Shown here one piece after another: positions 8,874-17,265 of a stretch of DNA of 35,645 nt. The notes under the pieces are model-generated. The model had not been told where the DNA came from. It made no database searches and saw nothing but the letters and a program-made list of their open reading frames with translations. The DNA is from a virus (Duplodnaviria > Caudoviricetes), in the IMG/VR virus record IMGVR_UViG_3300034894_000009, positions 1-35,645 of that record; one strand, 5' to 3'. The first letter of the stretch is position 1; every line of letters starts with the position of its first letter. A program made the position numbers and the translations under genes.

Positions 8874-9204
8874 TTTCTATGATCAGCTCAATGCGGTAAA
8901 AAGAGATCCGACGCATGTTCTTCCCGAAGACATAAATGCTCCGGTGATAAAATTCCTCGAAGGAATAAATTGTATACCGGCAGTTGAAGAATTGTTGATG
9001 TACCAGAAAAATGTCCAGTACGGGAAAATTGAAATTGTCCATGAAGACGCACCTGGATCTAAAATAGAGATTCCGGTAGAATGCGGTATGGCTTGCAAGT
9101 ATACAAAATTTACATTTAAAAAAGTTGGTAAATGGTCGGTATATACGACTAAAACAATAATCAACTACAATATCAAGAGGAAAAGGGATTGTAGTGATGT
9201 GTAA
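8863..9204 (+). CDS. Hypothetical protein
   Basis: GAGG SD, overlaps the upstream gene. Confidence 0.6.
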   Translation: MRHNFYDQLNAVKRDPTHVLPEDINAPVIKFLEGINCIPAVEELLMYQKNVQYGKIEIVHEDAPGSKIEIPVECGMACKYTKFTFKKVGKWSVYTTKTIINYNIKRKRDCSDV

Positions 9205-9266
9205 ATACGAAAAATGTCACGCACTAAATAGGCGTGTTGAAATAAAACTAACCCAAAGGGAAAATC

Positions 9267-10469
9267 ATGGATGAATTTATTGATGATGTAGGTTCTGCAG
9301 GTAATGGTGATTCTGGAGTCGAACAGGTATCTGGGGGTGATGAGGGATTACAACAGCAATCGGAGGATGGCAATTTTGAGGCCATGCAGAAGCGCATGGA
9401 AGCTGGAGACCCATGGTACTCAGATAGCGTAGACCAAGTATTGACTCCTGATGGCGATCCGGTAATTAACCCAGCTACCGGAAAACCGTTCAAGAGCATG
9501 GACGAGTGGAACGCCGCATATCAGCAACCATCAAAAGAAACGGCAAAGCCGAAAACCGAAGAGCCAAATCAGGTTCAAAAACCGCTTTCAAAAAGTTTCG
9601 ATGCGTATGTATTCGGAGAAGAAGGTTTTTCTCCTGATCGTATTCGTGAACTCTCAAAGGCGGGATCTGGTTATACTTATAATAACCAGATTGCAATTAA
9701 AGCCACTCCTGATTTACCAGGATCAGCAGCTCCAAAGGCTATTGATCCAATAGAACAGGTAAGAAAGAATCGTGAGGATTGGAGTAAGGTAATTATTGAT
9801 CCTCTTAAAGGAATTCGTGAAGCTTTGATCAAATCGGGTGGAGTAGACCCGGCGGCTGCAGATAATTTTATTGCACCATACTTGCAAAAAGCAAACGATG
9901 AACTGAATAAGGTTTATCAGGAGCAGTTTGAAAAGGCAATGGTAGAAAGATCTGAAAGTCAAGTAAAGCCGTTGGCAAAGCAAGCGGAAGCAAAGTTGAT
10001 TGAATCGGAGAGCAGGTATAATATCAATCGACTATCTACTGCATACTATCCGAATGGTGGAAAGGATCAATTTTTCTCACTTATAAATGGGCATAACGAC
10101 GAATCTGGAAAGTTCGTTCCGGGACCGGCAGCTCATTTTATCAACCTACTTACAAGAGTGGCGAACAGAGATAAAAAATTTTCAAACGACGCTGAAATAA
10201 GTTCAGCGTATAACGATACATTCAAGCAAATAATGGCTGATCCGGATGAGGCGCAAGTTTTATTTGACATTGTACACAAGTATTACATCGGGTCTAATTT
10301 TGATAAGGCTCAAGGCGAAGTGTTCAAGAAGGGTAAAGATGCGGCAAAAGCGGAAAGCCAAAGAATTCAAACAACGATCAAAACAAAACCATCTGGATAT
10401 TCTCCGGCTCCATCTGATCCGGAGGATGATATCTTTGCGGCGGTCGCAAGACATCAGCAGATGAGATAG
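9267..10469 (+). CDS. Capsid scaffolding protein (putative)
   Basis: Acidic disordered N-terminus, helical body, P/S-rich linker and short C-terminal helix; immediately precedes the capsid gene. Confidence 0.65.
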   Translation: MDEFIDDVGSAGNGDSGVEQVSGGDEGLQQQSEDGNFEAMQKRMEAGDPWYSDSVDQVLTPDGDPVINPATGKPFKSMDEWNAAYQQPSKETAKPKTEEPNQVQKPLSKSFDAYVFGEEGFSPDRIRELSKAGSGYTYNNQIAIKATPDLPGSAAPKAIDPIEQVRKNREDWSKVIIDPLKGIREALIKSGGVDPAAADNFIAPYLQKANDELNKVYQEQFEKAMVERSESQVKPLAKQAEAKLIESESRYNINRLSTAYYPNGGKDQFFSLINGHNDESGKFVPGPAAHFINLLTRVANRDKKFSNDAEISSAYNDTFKQIMADPDEAQVLFDIVHKYYIGSNFDKAQGEVFKKGKDAAKAESQRIQTTIKTKPSGYSPAPSDPEDDIFAAVARHQQMR

Positions 10470-10484
10470 AAAGGCTCATTAACC

Positions 10485-11711
10485 ATGAGTGCATTACAAA
10501 CAATAGTAACCCAGAAAGATGTTGTAACAACGACATCTCACCACAAGAGGGATATAAGCGAGCGGCTTAGAAGGCTGCACTCGACCCTCACTCCAATGTT
10601 GTCGCTTGTCAAAGGATCGTCTTTTGACTCGTTCGGAAAAGAAGCGTATACCGGTGAAGGAATGTTCAAAAAGGAACCGTGCAGCAGGGTAGACCCTGAA
10701 TGGTTTACGTATACACCGATCGACATTGTGTATGCTGCAACCGGTGGAAGTTCCAGCACTGCGGTAGTTGCCGACACAACGTATTTTCAGGTTGATGATA
10801 CGGTTTTCAACCAGAATACAAACGAGGTTGGAATTGTTACCGCATTGACAGATGGAACAACTCTGGCAATTACCGGTATGGGTGGTGATTGGTCTTGTGC
10901 AGCCGGTAATTATGTGGTACTTATGGCGTCAGCGTATGAAGAAGGTACGGCACGATATTCGAATATCACAAAAGAAAATACCCGCTGCCAAACACGGCTT
11001 CAGACCTACCGAGAAGGTTTAACGTGGTCTACAGTGAGCAAAACCGTTGATAGTTATCTTTCGGAAAGCCAGAACGATCAGTACAAGGCAAACACTATGT
11101 ACCATGCGCTATCGAAGTTGGAATCCTCTTTTCTGTTTTCAAAGGAAGGCGTTTCGTCGGGAACCACTTCTGTTACGATTGGTGGAACCGCATACACAAT
11201 CCAGACGATGCGCGGGCTTGTGAATTACGCTGGATCGGCAATTGACATGGGTGGTGCTCTTACATGGGATTCGTGGAATACCAATTTGTATCTTCAGATG
11301 CCGCAGACGTTGATTCCGAGCGAAACAATGTATGCAGTAATGGGTACAAAAATTTCAAGCGAAATGAACATGTGGGTTCAGGATTCTCACCTTATGACAT
11401 CGGAGAATAAGGGGCAAACCAAATTTGGTACTTCTGTAAAGACGTACCTTATGGGTGGAAACCTGAAGATCGAACCGATGGTTCACGGATTGTTCAATAC
11501 TGGTATTTACAAAGACAGTATTCTGTTTTTCCAGTCTTCAGATATTGCGTACCTGTATTTGAAAGGTCTTGATCTCCAGATGAGAAAGAACGCTCAGAAC
11601 CCGGCCATGATGGGGCAGACTGACATCATCGAGGGGCTTGTCGGTTTGAAGAGTTACTCGAACGGTGCAAACATTAAACTTGTAAAGAACTGCCTGGCAG
11701 CGGCAGCGTAA
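10485..11711 (+). CDS. Major capsid protein (SU10/DUF5309-like, HK97 fold)
   Basis: 408 aa. KRDISERL..L....TPMLSL N-terminus, PEWF, AYEEG, QTYRE, LESSFLF and TMRGL motifs; synteny. Confidence 0.8.
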   Translation: MSALQTIVTQKDVVTTTSHHKRDISERLRRLHSTLTPMLSLVKGSSFDSFGKEAYTGEGMFKKEPCSRVDPEWFTYTPIDIVYAATGGSSSTAVVADTTYFQVDDTVFNQNTNEVGIVTALTDGTTLAITGMGGDWSCAAGNYVVLMASAYEEGTARYSNITKENTRCQTRLQTYREGLTWSTVSKTVDSYLSESQNDQYKANTMYHALSKLESSFLFSKEGVSSGTTSVTIGGTAYTIQTMRGLVNYAGSAIDMGGALTWDSWNTNLYLQMPQTLIPSETMYAVMGTKISSEMNMWVQDSHLMTSENKGQTKFGTSVKTYLMGGNLKIEPMVHGLFNTGIYKDSILFFQSSDIAYLYLKGLDLQMRKNAQNPAMMGQTDIIEGLVGLKSYSNGANIKLVKNCLAAAA

Positions 11712-11720
11712 GGGGGAAAT

Positions 11721-12233
11721 GTGAAAAGTAAATTTTTATCAATCGTATTGCTTCTGTTTTCGGTTTCGGTATTTGCTGCAACCGTTCATTACAATCCTGG
11801 TGAAACGATCGTTTTGCCAGGCGATGAGAAATGTATTACCCTTGGCGATAACACATTCAACGAATCTGAGGACACAATTGCAACTACCGGAGCCATAATT
11901 TTTGGGCCGTACAATCTATCTATGGGTAAAGGGTATCCGGCGGCGGGAGGTATCCGGTTCATGGCAGAAAAGAACTCTGTTGCATCCGGTGATAGTCTCG
12001 GATTGGCTTACCAGGTTGTAGGAGGAACAAGTATTACCGACACGGTAACTTCTGGATGGACTTCTGTTGACAGCATCAAGGGAAATGTTGGAAAGTCCGG
12101 TGCATATACTGACATAAGTCAAAAAATCGGACAGGCCATATTTTTCAGGCTTTACAATTTTGACGCTGATTCGTGCGCGGTTGGAGCACCAATAAGAGTC
12201 ATTATGAAAAGCACAATAACAAAACAGTTTTAA
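11721..12233 (+). CDS. Signal-peptide-bearing beta-rich protein after the capsid gene (possible decoration protein)
   Basis: GTG start, AAGGGGG SD; MKSKFLSIVLLLFSVSVFA signal peptide. Confidence 0.7.
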   Translation: MKSKFLSIVLLLFSVSVFAATVHYNPGETIVLPGDEKCITLGDNTFNESEDTIATTGAIIFGPYNLSMGKGYPAAGGIRFMAEKNSVASGDSLGLAYQVVGGTSITDTVTSGWTSVDSIKGNVGKSGAYTDISQKIGQAIFFRLYNFDADSCAVGAPIRVIMKSTITKQF

Positions 12234-12239
12234 TTAACC

Positions 12240-12270
12240 GGGAAGGTAGCCGTTATGCGACTATCTTTCC
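12240..12270 (+). terminator. Stem-loop after the capsid/decoration genes (terminator or stabiliser)
   Basis: GGGAAGGTAG...CTATCTTTCC, 10-bp stem with two G.U pairs; no U-tract. Confidence 0.35.
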
Positions 12271-12292
12271 ATATACTCAAAACGAGGAAATA

Positions 12293-12844
12293 ATGCCTAA
12301 AAAATCTCTTGTATCAACAAACTCGATACTTGGCGGAAGAAATGACGTTGTCGCGAACGAAGGCGAAACGAAGTTTATTTGCACTCTTCCAAAGCCCTTT
12401 GTGTTCATGCTTCCTGCAATAAACGAACGTGGAGAACCCATATTCAAAACAGATGCGAATGGTAACAACAAAGTTCGTCGAACCGACAGTTTTGAGTTTA
12501 CCGCAGTTGTTCCAATTCACTCTGAATCGAAGGGTAAGCCGTCGGCAAGCCAGGACGATCTATTTTCTTTCTTCATCGTGTCAGAAGAAAAGCTAAAACA
12601 GTATTACAAGCCGATTCTAGAATACTTGACAAAGCAGGCTGCACAACGTGGATCTCGTATATTTACAGACGAGCAGCATTGGAAAAATAAGAATCCGGTT
12701 GCATTCAAAGTTGCCCAGGAAAAGGCAGAACTTGAAAATACTATCGCCGAAAAAGACAAGACAATTAATGACAAGGATGCAAAAATTGCCGAACTCGAAA
12801 AAAGGCTTGGATTCAACAAACAGGGTGGTAGTGGGAGTCGATAA
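12293..12844 (+). CDS. Hypothetical protein with C-terminal coiled coil
   Basis: GAGG SD before MPKKSLV; heptad-like ELENTIAEKDKTINDKDAKIAELEK. Confidence 0.65.
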   Translation: MPKKSLVSTNSILGGRNDVVANEGETKFICTLPKPFVFMLPAINERGEPIFKTDANGNNKVRRTDSFEFTAVVPIHSESKGKPSASQDDLFSFFIVSEEKLKQYYKPILEYLTKQAAQRGSRIFTDEQHWKNKNPVAFKVAQEKAELENTIAEKDKTINDKDAKIAELEKRLGFNKQGGSGSR

Positions 12845-13590
12845 TGATAGGCCGTGATACAATTGCAAGTATTATCGAGTGCATAAATGCACAATCGGTA
12901 TACAATACCGCAAGGACTACTACTCCTGTAAATCTTGGTCTTGTCATTTACAATCAGACGCAGGATATGATTGTAATGGCAGGAACCTTTCGTGACATGG
13001 TGAGAGATGTTCAGCTTACTCCTGATGCTGACAGAAAAATTACTCTTCCATCTGATTTTGGTAAGGCTCTTACTGTTTACATTGATGAATCTAGTTTAGG
13101 TAAGCCAAGCAGGTTTTATTATCTCAATGCAAACGATGTACACGAGCGGTATACCGAAGAAGTTACGATAGATTCGGCAACTGGAGTGTTCACAAGAAAA
13201 TTTGTATTCCCTGCCAGTGCGTATCTTCCTGTAAGTCCGCATTTGGAGTATACAATAGTTTTGGAAAATGCTACTCAGGAAGATATCGATACCGGTACAA
13301 AGTATTCATTCTTTCCAAAAAATTTGATGCTGGTTGGTGCGAAAAAAATATTGCAGGACTACTACGGAATATCTGCAAACCAAGATCCTAATTGGATTAC
13401 CTCACGGTACCGGGAAGAGCTTGATGCATATTCAAAGTACACCACCGACAACAACGATGTGCTGCGGTGGGAACTGCACGACAGCTATGGAAACAATGTT
13501 GCCATACTTGGTTCCCCTATGGATGGAAGCGGCGGTGCCTATGTACCGTATACCAATCCGGCAACCTTGATGAGTGGTGGTGCATATTGA
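12844..13590 (+). CDS. Head-tail adaptor (putative)
   Basis: 248 aa; ITLPSDF motif; lies between the capsid genes and the nozzle. Confidence 0.6.
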   Translation: MIGRDTIASIIECINAQSVYNTARTTTPVNLGLVIYNQTQDMIVMAGTFRDMVRDVQLTPDADRKITLPSDFGKALTVYIDESSLGKPSRFYYLNANDVHERYTEEVTIDSATGVFTRKFVFPASAYLPVSPHLEYTIVLENATQEDIDTGTKYSFFPKNLMLVGAKKILQDYYGISANQDPNWITSRYREELDAYSKYTTDNNDVLRWELHDSYGNNVAILGSPMDGSGGAYVPYTNPATLMSGGAY

Positions 13591-15506
13591 AAGAGTTGGT
13601 GATTGATTTTTCTGATATGAGCGGTGGGAAAAACAACACGTATCCAGCTCATGCTATTGCGCAGAATCAGGTGTCTGAAACCCTCAATGCAATGCATGAA
13701 AAGATCGGAATAAGTCGGGCACCCGGATACCGAGGGGTTACAGAAACCGCATTGTTTTCGGCACCATGCACCGGATTCTTTAATTACGTTCATGACGATG
13801 GAACTGAATCGATTATTGCTGTATCAGACGGTAAGGTTTATAGAATAGACAATACCGACTGGACGCTCGACGAAATTGGAGCGATGACCGGAACCGGTGA
13901 ATGCTATTCGGTAAACGCAACTGGAAAACTTTGGATCTGTAATGGCACTGAATTCGTAAAGGTAGAAAACGATTTGAGCGTATTTAGGGTTCAGATTGTT
14001 GCGCCAAGCGACGGAGCAGCTTCTGCTATTTCCGGAGGAACACTTGCAGATGGAGTGTATGGGGTGTACGTGTCCTATGCTCGATACGATTCAACTACCG
14101 GGCAATACCTATACTCATTGCCGCAATCATTGGGGAATAAAACGTGTGGAGCAGGCAGCAATACCATTAGGGTAACTCTTACTGATTCTACCGACACCCA
14201 GGTCAACAGGGTAGTTGTGTTTATGACTGATGCGGGAGGGGCTATACCGTTTTACTACAAAGAGGCAACCGTTACCACTCCAGGAGCACGTACAATTGAT
14301 GTAACATCATCCGCAACTCGAAATGGCGATATCTTGATGACTACTGTCTCAACGCCAAACCAAATACTTCCGTACATTCCTACCGGGATATGTTATTTCG
14401 ATGACCAGATATTCGTCTGGAGTTCCAGCAACCCAAAGACCGTGTACTGGTCGATACGGTCAGATGTAAACGCCATGGATCTTGAACGATTCGTCCCTGA
14501 GAATTTTCGAGTACTTCCATTCGGGATAAATGCAATGTTCGGGGTTGGATCTGATTTATTCTTCAACCATATCGGGAATGGCGTATCTATTGCATCAATG
14601 GGAAATGTAGGGGGAGTGATAAAAAACGCATGGCGGGACTTCTGGTTTCTTGATTGTAAAACGGATTTAGGGAAAAGCAACGTTGTTTATGTTGGTGGAG
14701 CTGCTTTCGGATTAACAAATGATGGATTCAGGTTATTTAATGGGCAATATTTTACCGAAGATCTTTCCGCTCATATAAAACCCGATATAGATTTGATCCG
14801 TTTAGGGACTGGAATCCCATCTGCAACAGTATACAGGCGACCAAACAAACGAACTGAATACCGATTTTCGTTTAACAACTTCAATTATGGAAACTCCGGA
14901 AACAATGACCAGCGGGTATTCAATATTGATTTTTACTCTCAGGGGTTAAAAACGTGGGAGTGCTGGGAAAACGGATTTACTTATTCTATAATATTTGGAG
15001 GCGTAATTTTATTGCTGCAAAACGGAGCTTCCGACGCACAAGTAGTTCAGGAAGTAGGAAAAACCGATGTGTACTGTTACGATAGGTCCGGTGCGTTTAT
15101 GGCAAGTAGTGCCCTTGTAAAACAATTGTACGTTTTAGGTAGAACCGTAATTCCAGATCTTGATTCAATATATTTTTGGGGTGCAGTATACGCATTGGCT
15201 ACATCGAGCGGAACAATATCCGGAAACGTTATAATATTTGACGAAAACAACTCAAAGTTTCCATTTGAAGTCATTGGGGTGCCATCAGGATTAGCGATAC
15301 TTCCAAGCGAGGCAAGTGGTGAAGGGCTTGAGCTTCCATTTATTTTGGCTCCGCAATATCCGATAAGAACCAACGAACCAGGTGTGTTTAATTGCAGAGG
15401 AAGCTGTGTTTCTGTTGAGATATCTCAATCTGCAGATGATGAAAACTTCTTTCTTTATAAATTACAACTTCCGAGAGTAAGACAGGAGAAAAGCAACATA
15501 ACATGA
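13587..15506 (+). CDS. Tail nozzle / DNA-stabilisation protein (P22 gp10 / T7 gp12-like, beta-propeller)
   Basis: TTG start overlapping the upstream stop. DFSDMSGG..N, ISRAPG and VYWS motifs; about 639 aa, beta-rich. Confidence 0.7.
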   Translation: MKELVIDFSDMSGGKNNTYPAHAIAQNQVSETLNAMHEKIGISRAPGYRGVTETALFSAPCTGFFNYVHDDGTESIIAVSDGKVYRIDNTDWTLDEIGAMTGTGECYSVNATGKLWICNGTEFVKVENDLSVFRVQIVAPSDGAASAISGGTLADGVYGVYVSYARYDSTTGQYLYSLPQSLGNKTCGAGSNTIRVTLTDSTDTQVNRVVVFMTDAGGAIPFYYKEATVTTPGARTIDVTSSATRNGDILMTTVSTPNQILPYIPTGICYFDDQIFVWSSSNPKTVYWSIRSDVNAMDLERFVPENFRVLPFGINAMFGVGSDLFFNHIGNGVSIASMGNVGGVIKNAWRDFWFLDCKTDLGKSNVVYVGGAAFGLTNDGFRLFNGQYFTEDLSAHIKPDIDLIRLGTGIPSATVYRRPNKRTEYRFSFNNFNYGNSGNNDQRVFNIDFYSQGLKTWECWENGFTYSIIFGGVILLLQNGASDAQVVQEVGKTDVYCYDRSGAFMASSALVKQLYVLGRTVIPDLDSIYFWGAVYALATSSGTISGNVIIFDENNSKFPFEVIGVPSGLAILPSEASGEGLELPFILAPQYPIRTNEPGVFNCRGSCVSVEISQSADDENFFLYKLQLPRVRQEKSNIT

Positions 15507-16921
15507 AAAACATATTTTTTATTATAATGCTAATGTGTGTAAGCTCTCATGCCGTAAGCAAGTTTACATACTACTGGACTGTTAAGCTTACCGGGGACAC
15601 TGTTACTGTTACTAAACTGAAACGTAATTATGATTCTGTTCTGGTGTGGGCGAATAAGATTTCTGATTCTCTTAACCAAGTAGTCCCTCGATCAAATTGG
15701 TTTACAGATCACTCTAAAACATTTGCGTGGATGAACATTGATACGATAAGCGGAAAGGTTCGATGTGATACTATTGTTGCCGATAGCCTCGGAATACGCA
15801 TTATTCGGATGACCGGTTTGCCGTCGGGCGGTACTGGCGATTCATGTTTGATACTCAAAAGCGGAGTTCCGACGATAATTTCAGCATCTTCTTACCGAGT
15901 AATGATCGGTGCTGCATCCACAGTACAACTTGCAGATTCTTGTTTTAAAAAGGCAAATAAGTTACACGGAGTAACAGCCGGGTATGTTCCCTATGCTGCA
16001 ACAGACAGTACGTTTTCAGCCAGTGGGATGAAAGATTCTACAACTTACATGATGATACCAAGTAAAAAACTTGTATTCGGGGCAAAGCCTACCCATAGTT
16101 ATTATTTTTCAATATCGCAAGGAAAATACTTAACATCCTACGGAGGAGGAGCAAATGAATCGCACGTAGGAATACATAACGCATATTACTCCGACACGTG
16201 GAGATATCGGGAAACCGATGGAATAGGAGCGGTAAATTTGTCCCTTGGTGGAAATGGATGGCTAATTAACGCTGCGGCATCCGGAACTCAGGGAGATGTT
16301 ATTACGTGGAAGCGATCAATTTCTGGAGATAGCACTGGCAGGATATCAGTAAAATCAACTTCTTTTGACTCCACCTTTAAGGTCGATGGTTCTGCAAACG
16401 TTACCGGTAACGCTAAAATAGGCGGCCATCTAAACGCCGCCACTGCTACCTACACCGGAACGGTGAGTGTTGATTCTATTAAATCTACTAAGGGTATTGC
16501 TGCCACTACTGGTACCTTCTCTTCAAAAGTGCAAGGAACTTACTTTACAACAAACGGGGAAGATTCGTTGGTTTATGAGGATACACTATTTTATGATTCT
16601 CTTTACGATGGTACAACATATAGAAGTAGAAGTGTATGCAGACTCATAAGGATAGGCAATCAAATAACAATGAGCGTTCAGGGGTTATCTGGCACCATAA
16701 CAGCCGGAACAGCAACCTATTTGAAGGGAATACCGGCACGTTTTCATCCTCCATCGGCAAGATATATTGTTATTCCGATACTTAATGATGGTGTAACAGA
16801 AATAGGTATTCTTAATTTTGACGGATCTGGAATATGTACAATTCAAACAGCCTTACATGACTTTCTTACCGGATCTGCTAATTCTGGATGGGGTTATATG
16901 GTTGCGGTTTGGACAAAATAA
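15503..16921 (+). CDS. Tail fibre / receptor-binding-like protein with an N-terminal signal peptide
   Basis: Position after the nozzle; G/S/T-rich fibre-like repeats; C-terminal RIGNQIT...GIPARFHP head-like domain; MKNIFFIIMLMCVSSHA leader. Confidence 0.65.
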   Translation: MKNIFFIIMLMCVSSHAVSKFTYYWTVKLTGDTVTVTKLKRNYDSVLVWANKISDSLNQVVPRSNWFTDHSKTFAWMNIDTISGKVRCDTIVADSLGIRIIRMTGLPSGGTGDSCLILKSGVPTIISASSYRVMIGAASTVQLADSCFKKANKLHGVTAGYVPYAATDSTFSASGMKDSTTYMMIPSKKLVFGAKPTHSYYFSISQGKYLTSYGGGANESHVGIHNAYYSDTWRYRETDGIGAVNLSLGGNGWLINAAASGTQGDVITWKRSISGDSTGRISVKSTSFDSTFKVDGSANVTGNAKIGGHLNAATATYTGTVSVDSIKSTKGIAATTGTFSSKVQGTYFTTNGEDSLVYEDTLFYDSLYDGTTYRSRSVCRLIRIGNQITMSVQGLSGTITAGTATYLKGIPARFHPPSARYIVIPILNDGVTEIGILNFDGSGICTIQTALHDFLTGSANSGWGYMVAVWTK

Positions 16922-17256
16922 TGAACACAATACAAAGAATACCTGAAACATATCGCATCTTTCTTTCTCCTGTTCAGAACAGGCTTATTGGGAGCTATCC
17001 GGCTTCAGCGAAGCGCATTCATGTTATTTGCGATAGTTCAACATCACCATTCACGGTTGAATTACCTCCGCTTGGAATAAGTGAGGAGCAGGAATTCACG
17101 TTTTACAATATTCCTTTGTCGGGATCTGGAAATTATGTTGATATTACTGCTGCAAGATCTATGGAGATAAACAAGACGGATTTTGTAAAGCGCATAATTC
17201 CCGGTGAGGCCATGTTATTTGTAGATACACTTAAGTCTTATTGGGTAACAAAATAA
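16921..17256 (+). CDS. Small tail-associated protein
   Basis: TAATG overlap; VICDSSTSPFTVELP motif resembling small beta-domains of tail proteins. Confidence 0.55.
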   Translation: MNTIQRIPETYRIFLSPVQNRLIGSYPASAKRIHVICDSSTSPFTVELPPLGISEEQEFTFYNIPLSGSGNYVDITAARSMEINKTDFVKRIIPGEAMLFVDTLKSYWVTK

Positions 17257-17265
17257 GGATAGCAA

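Noticed and set aside
9197-9274. 25-aa ORF containing NRRVEIKL, reminiscent of the OmpA-like peptidoglycan-binding motif
   Set aside because: Too short to be the domain and probably coincidental, although it might still be a translated linker ORF.
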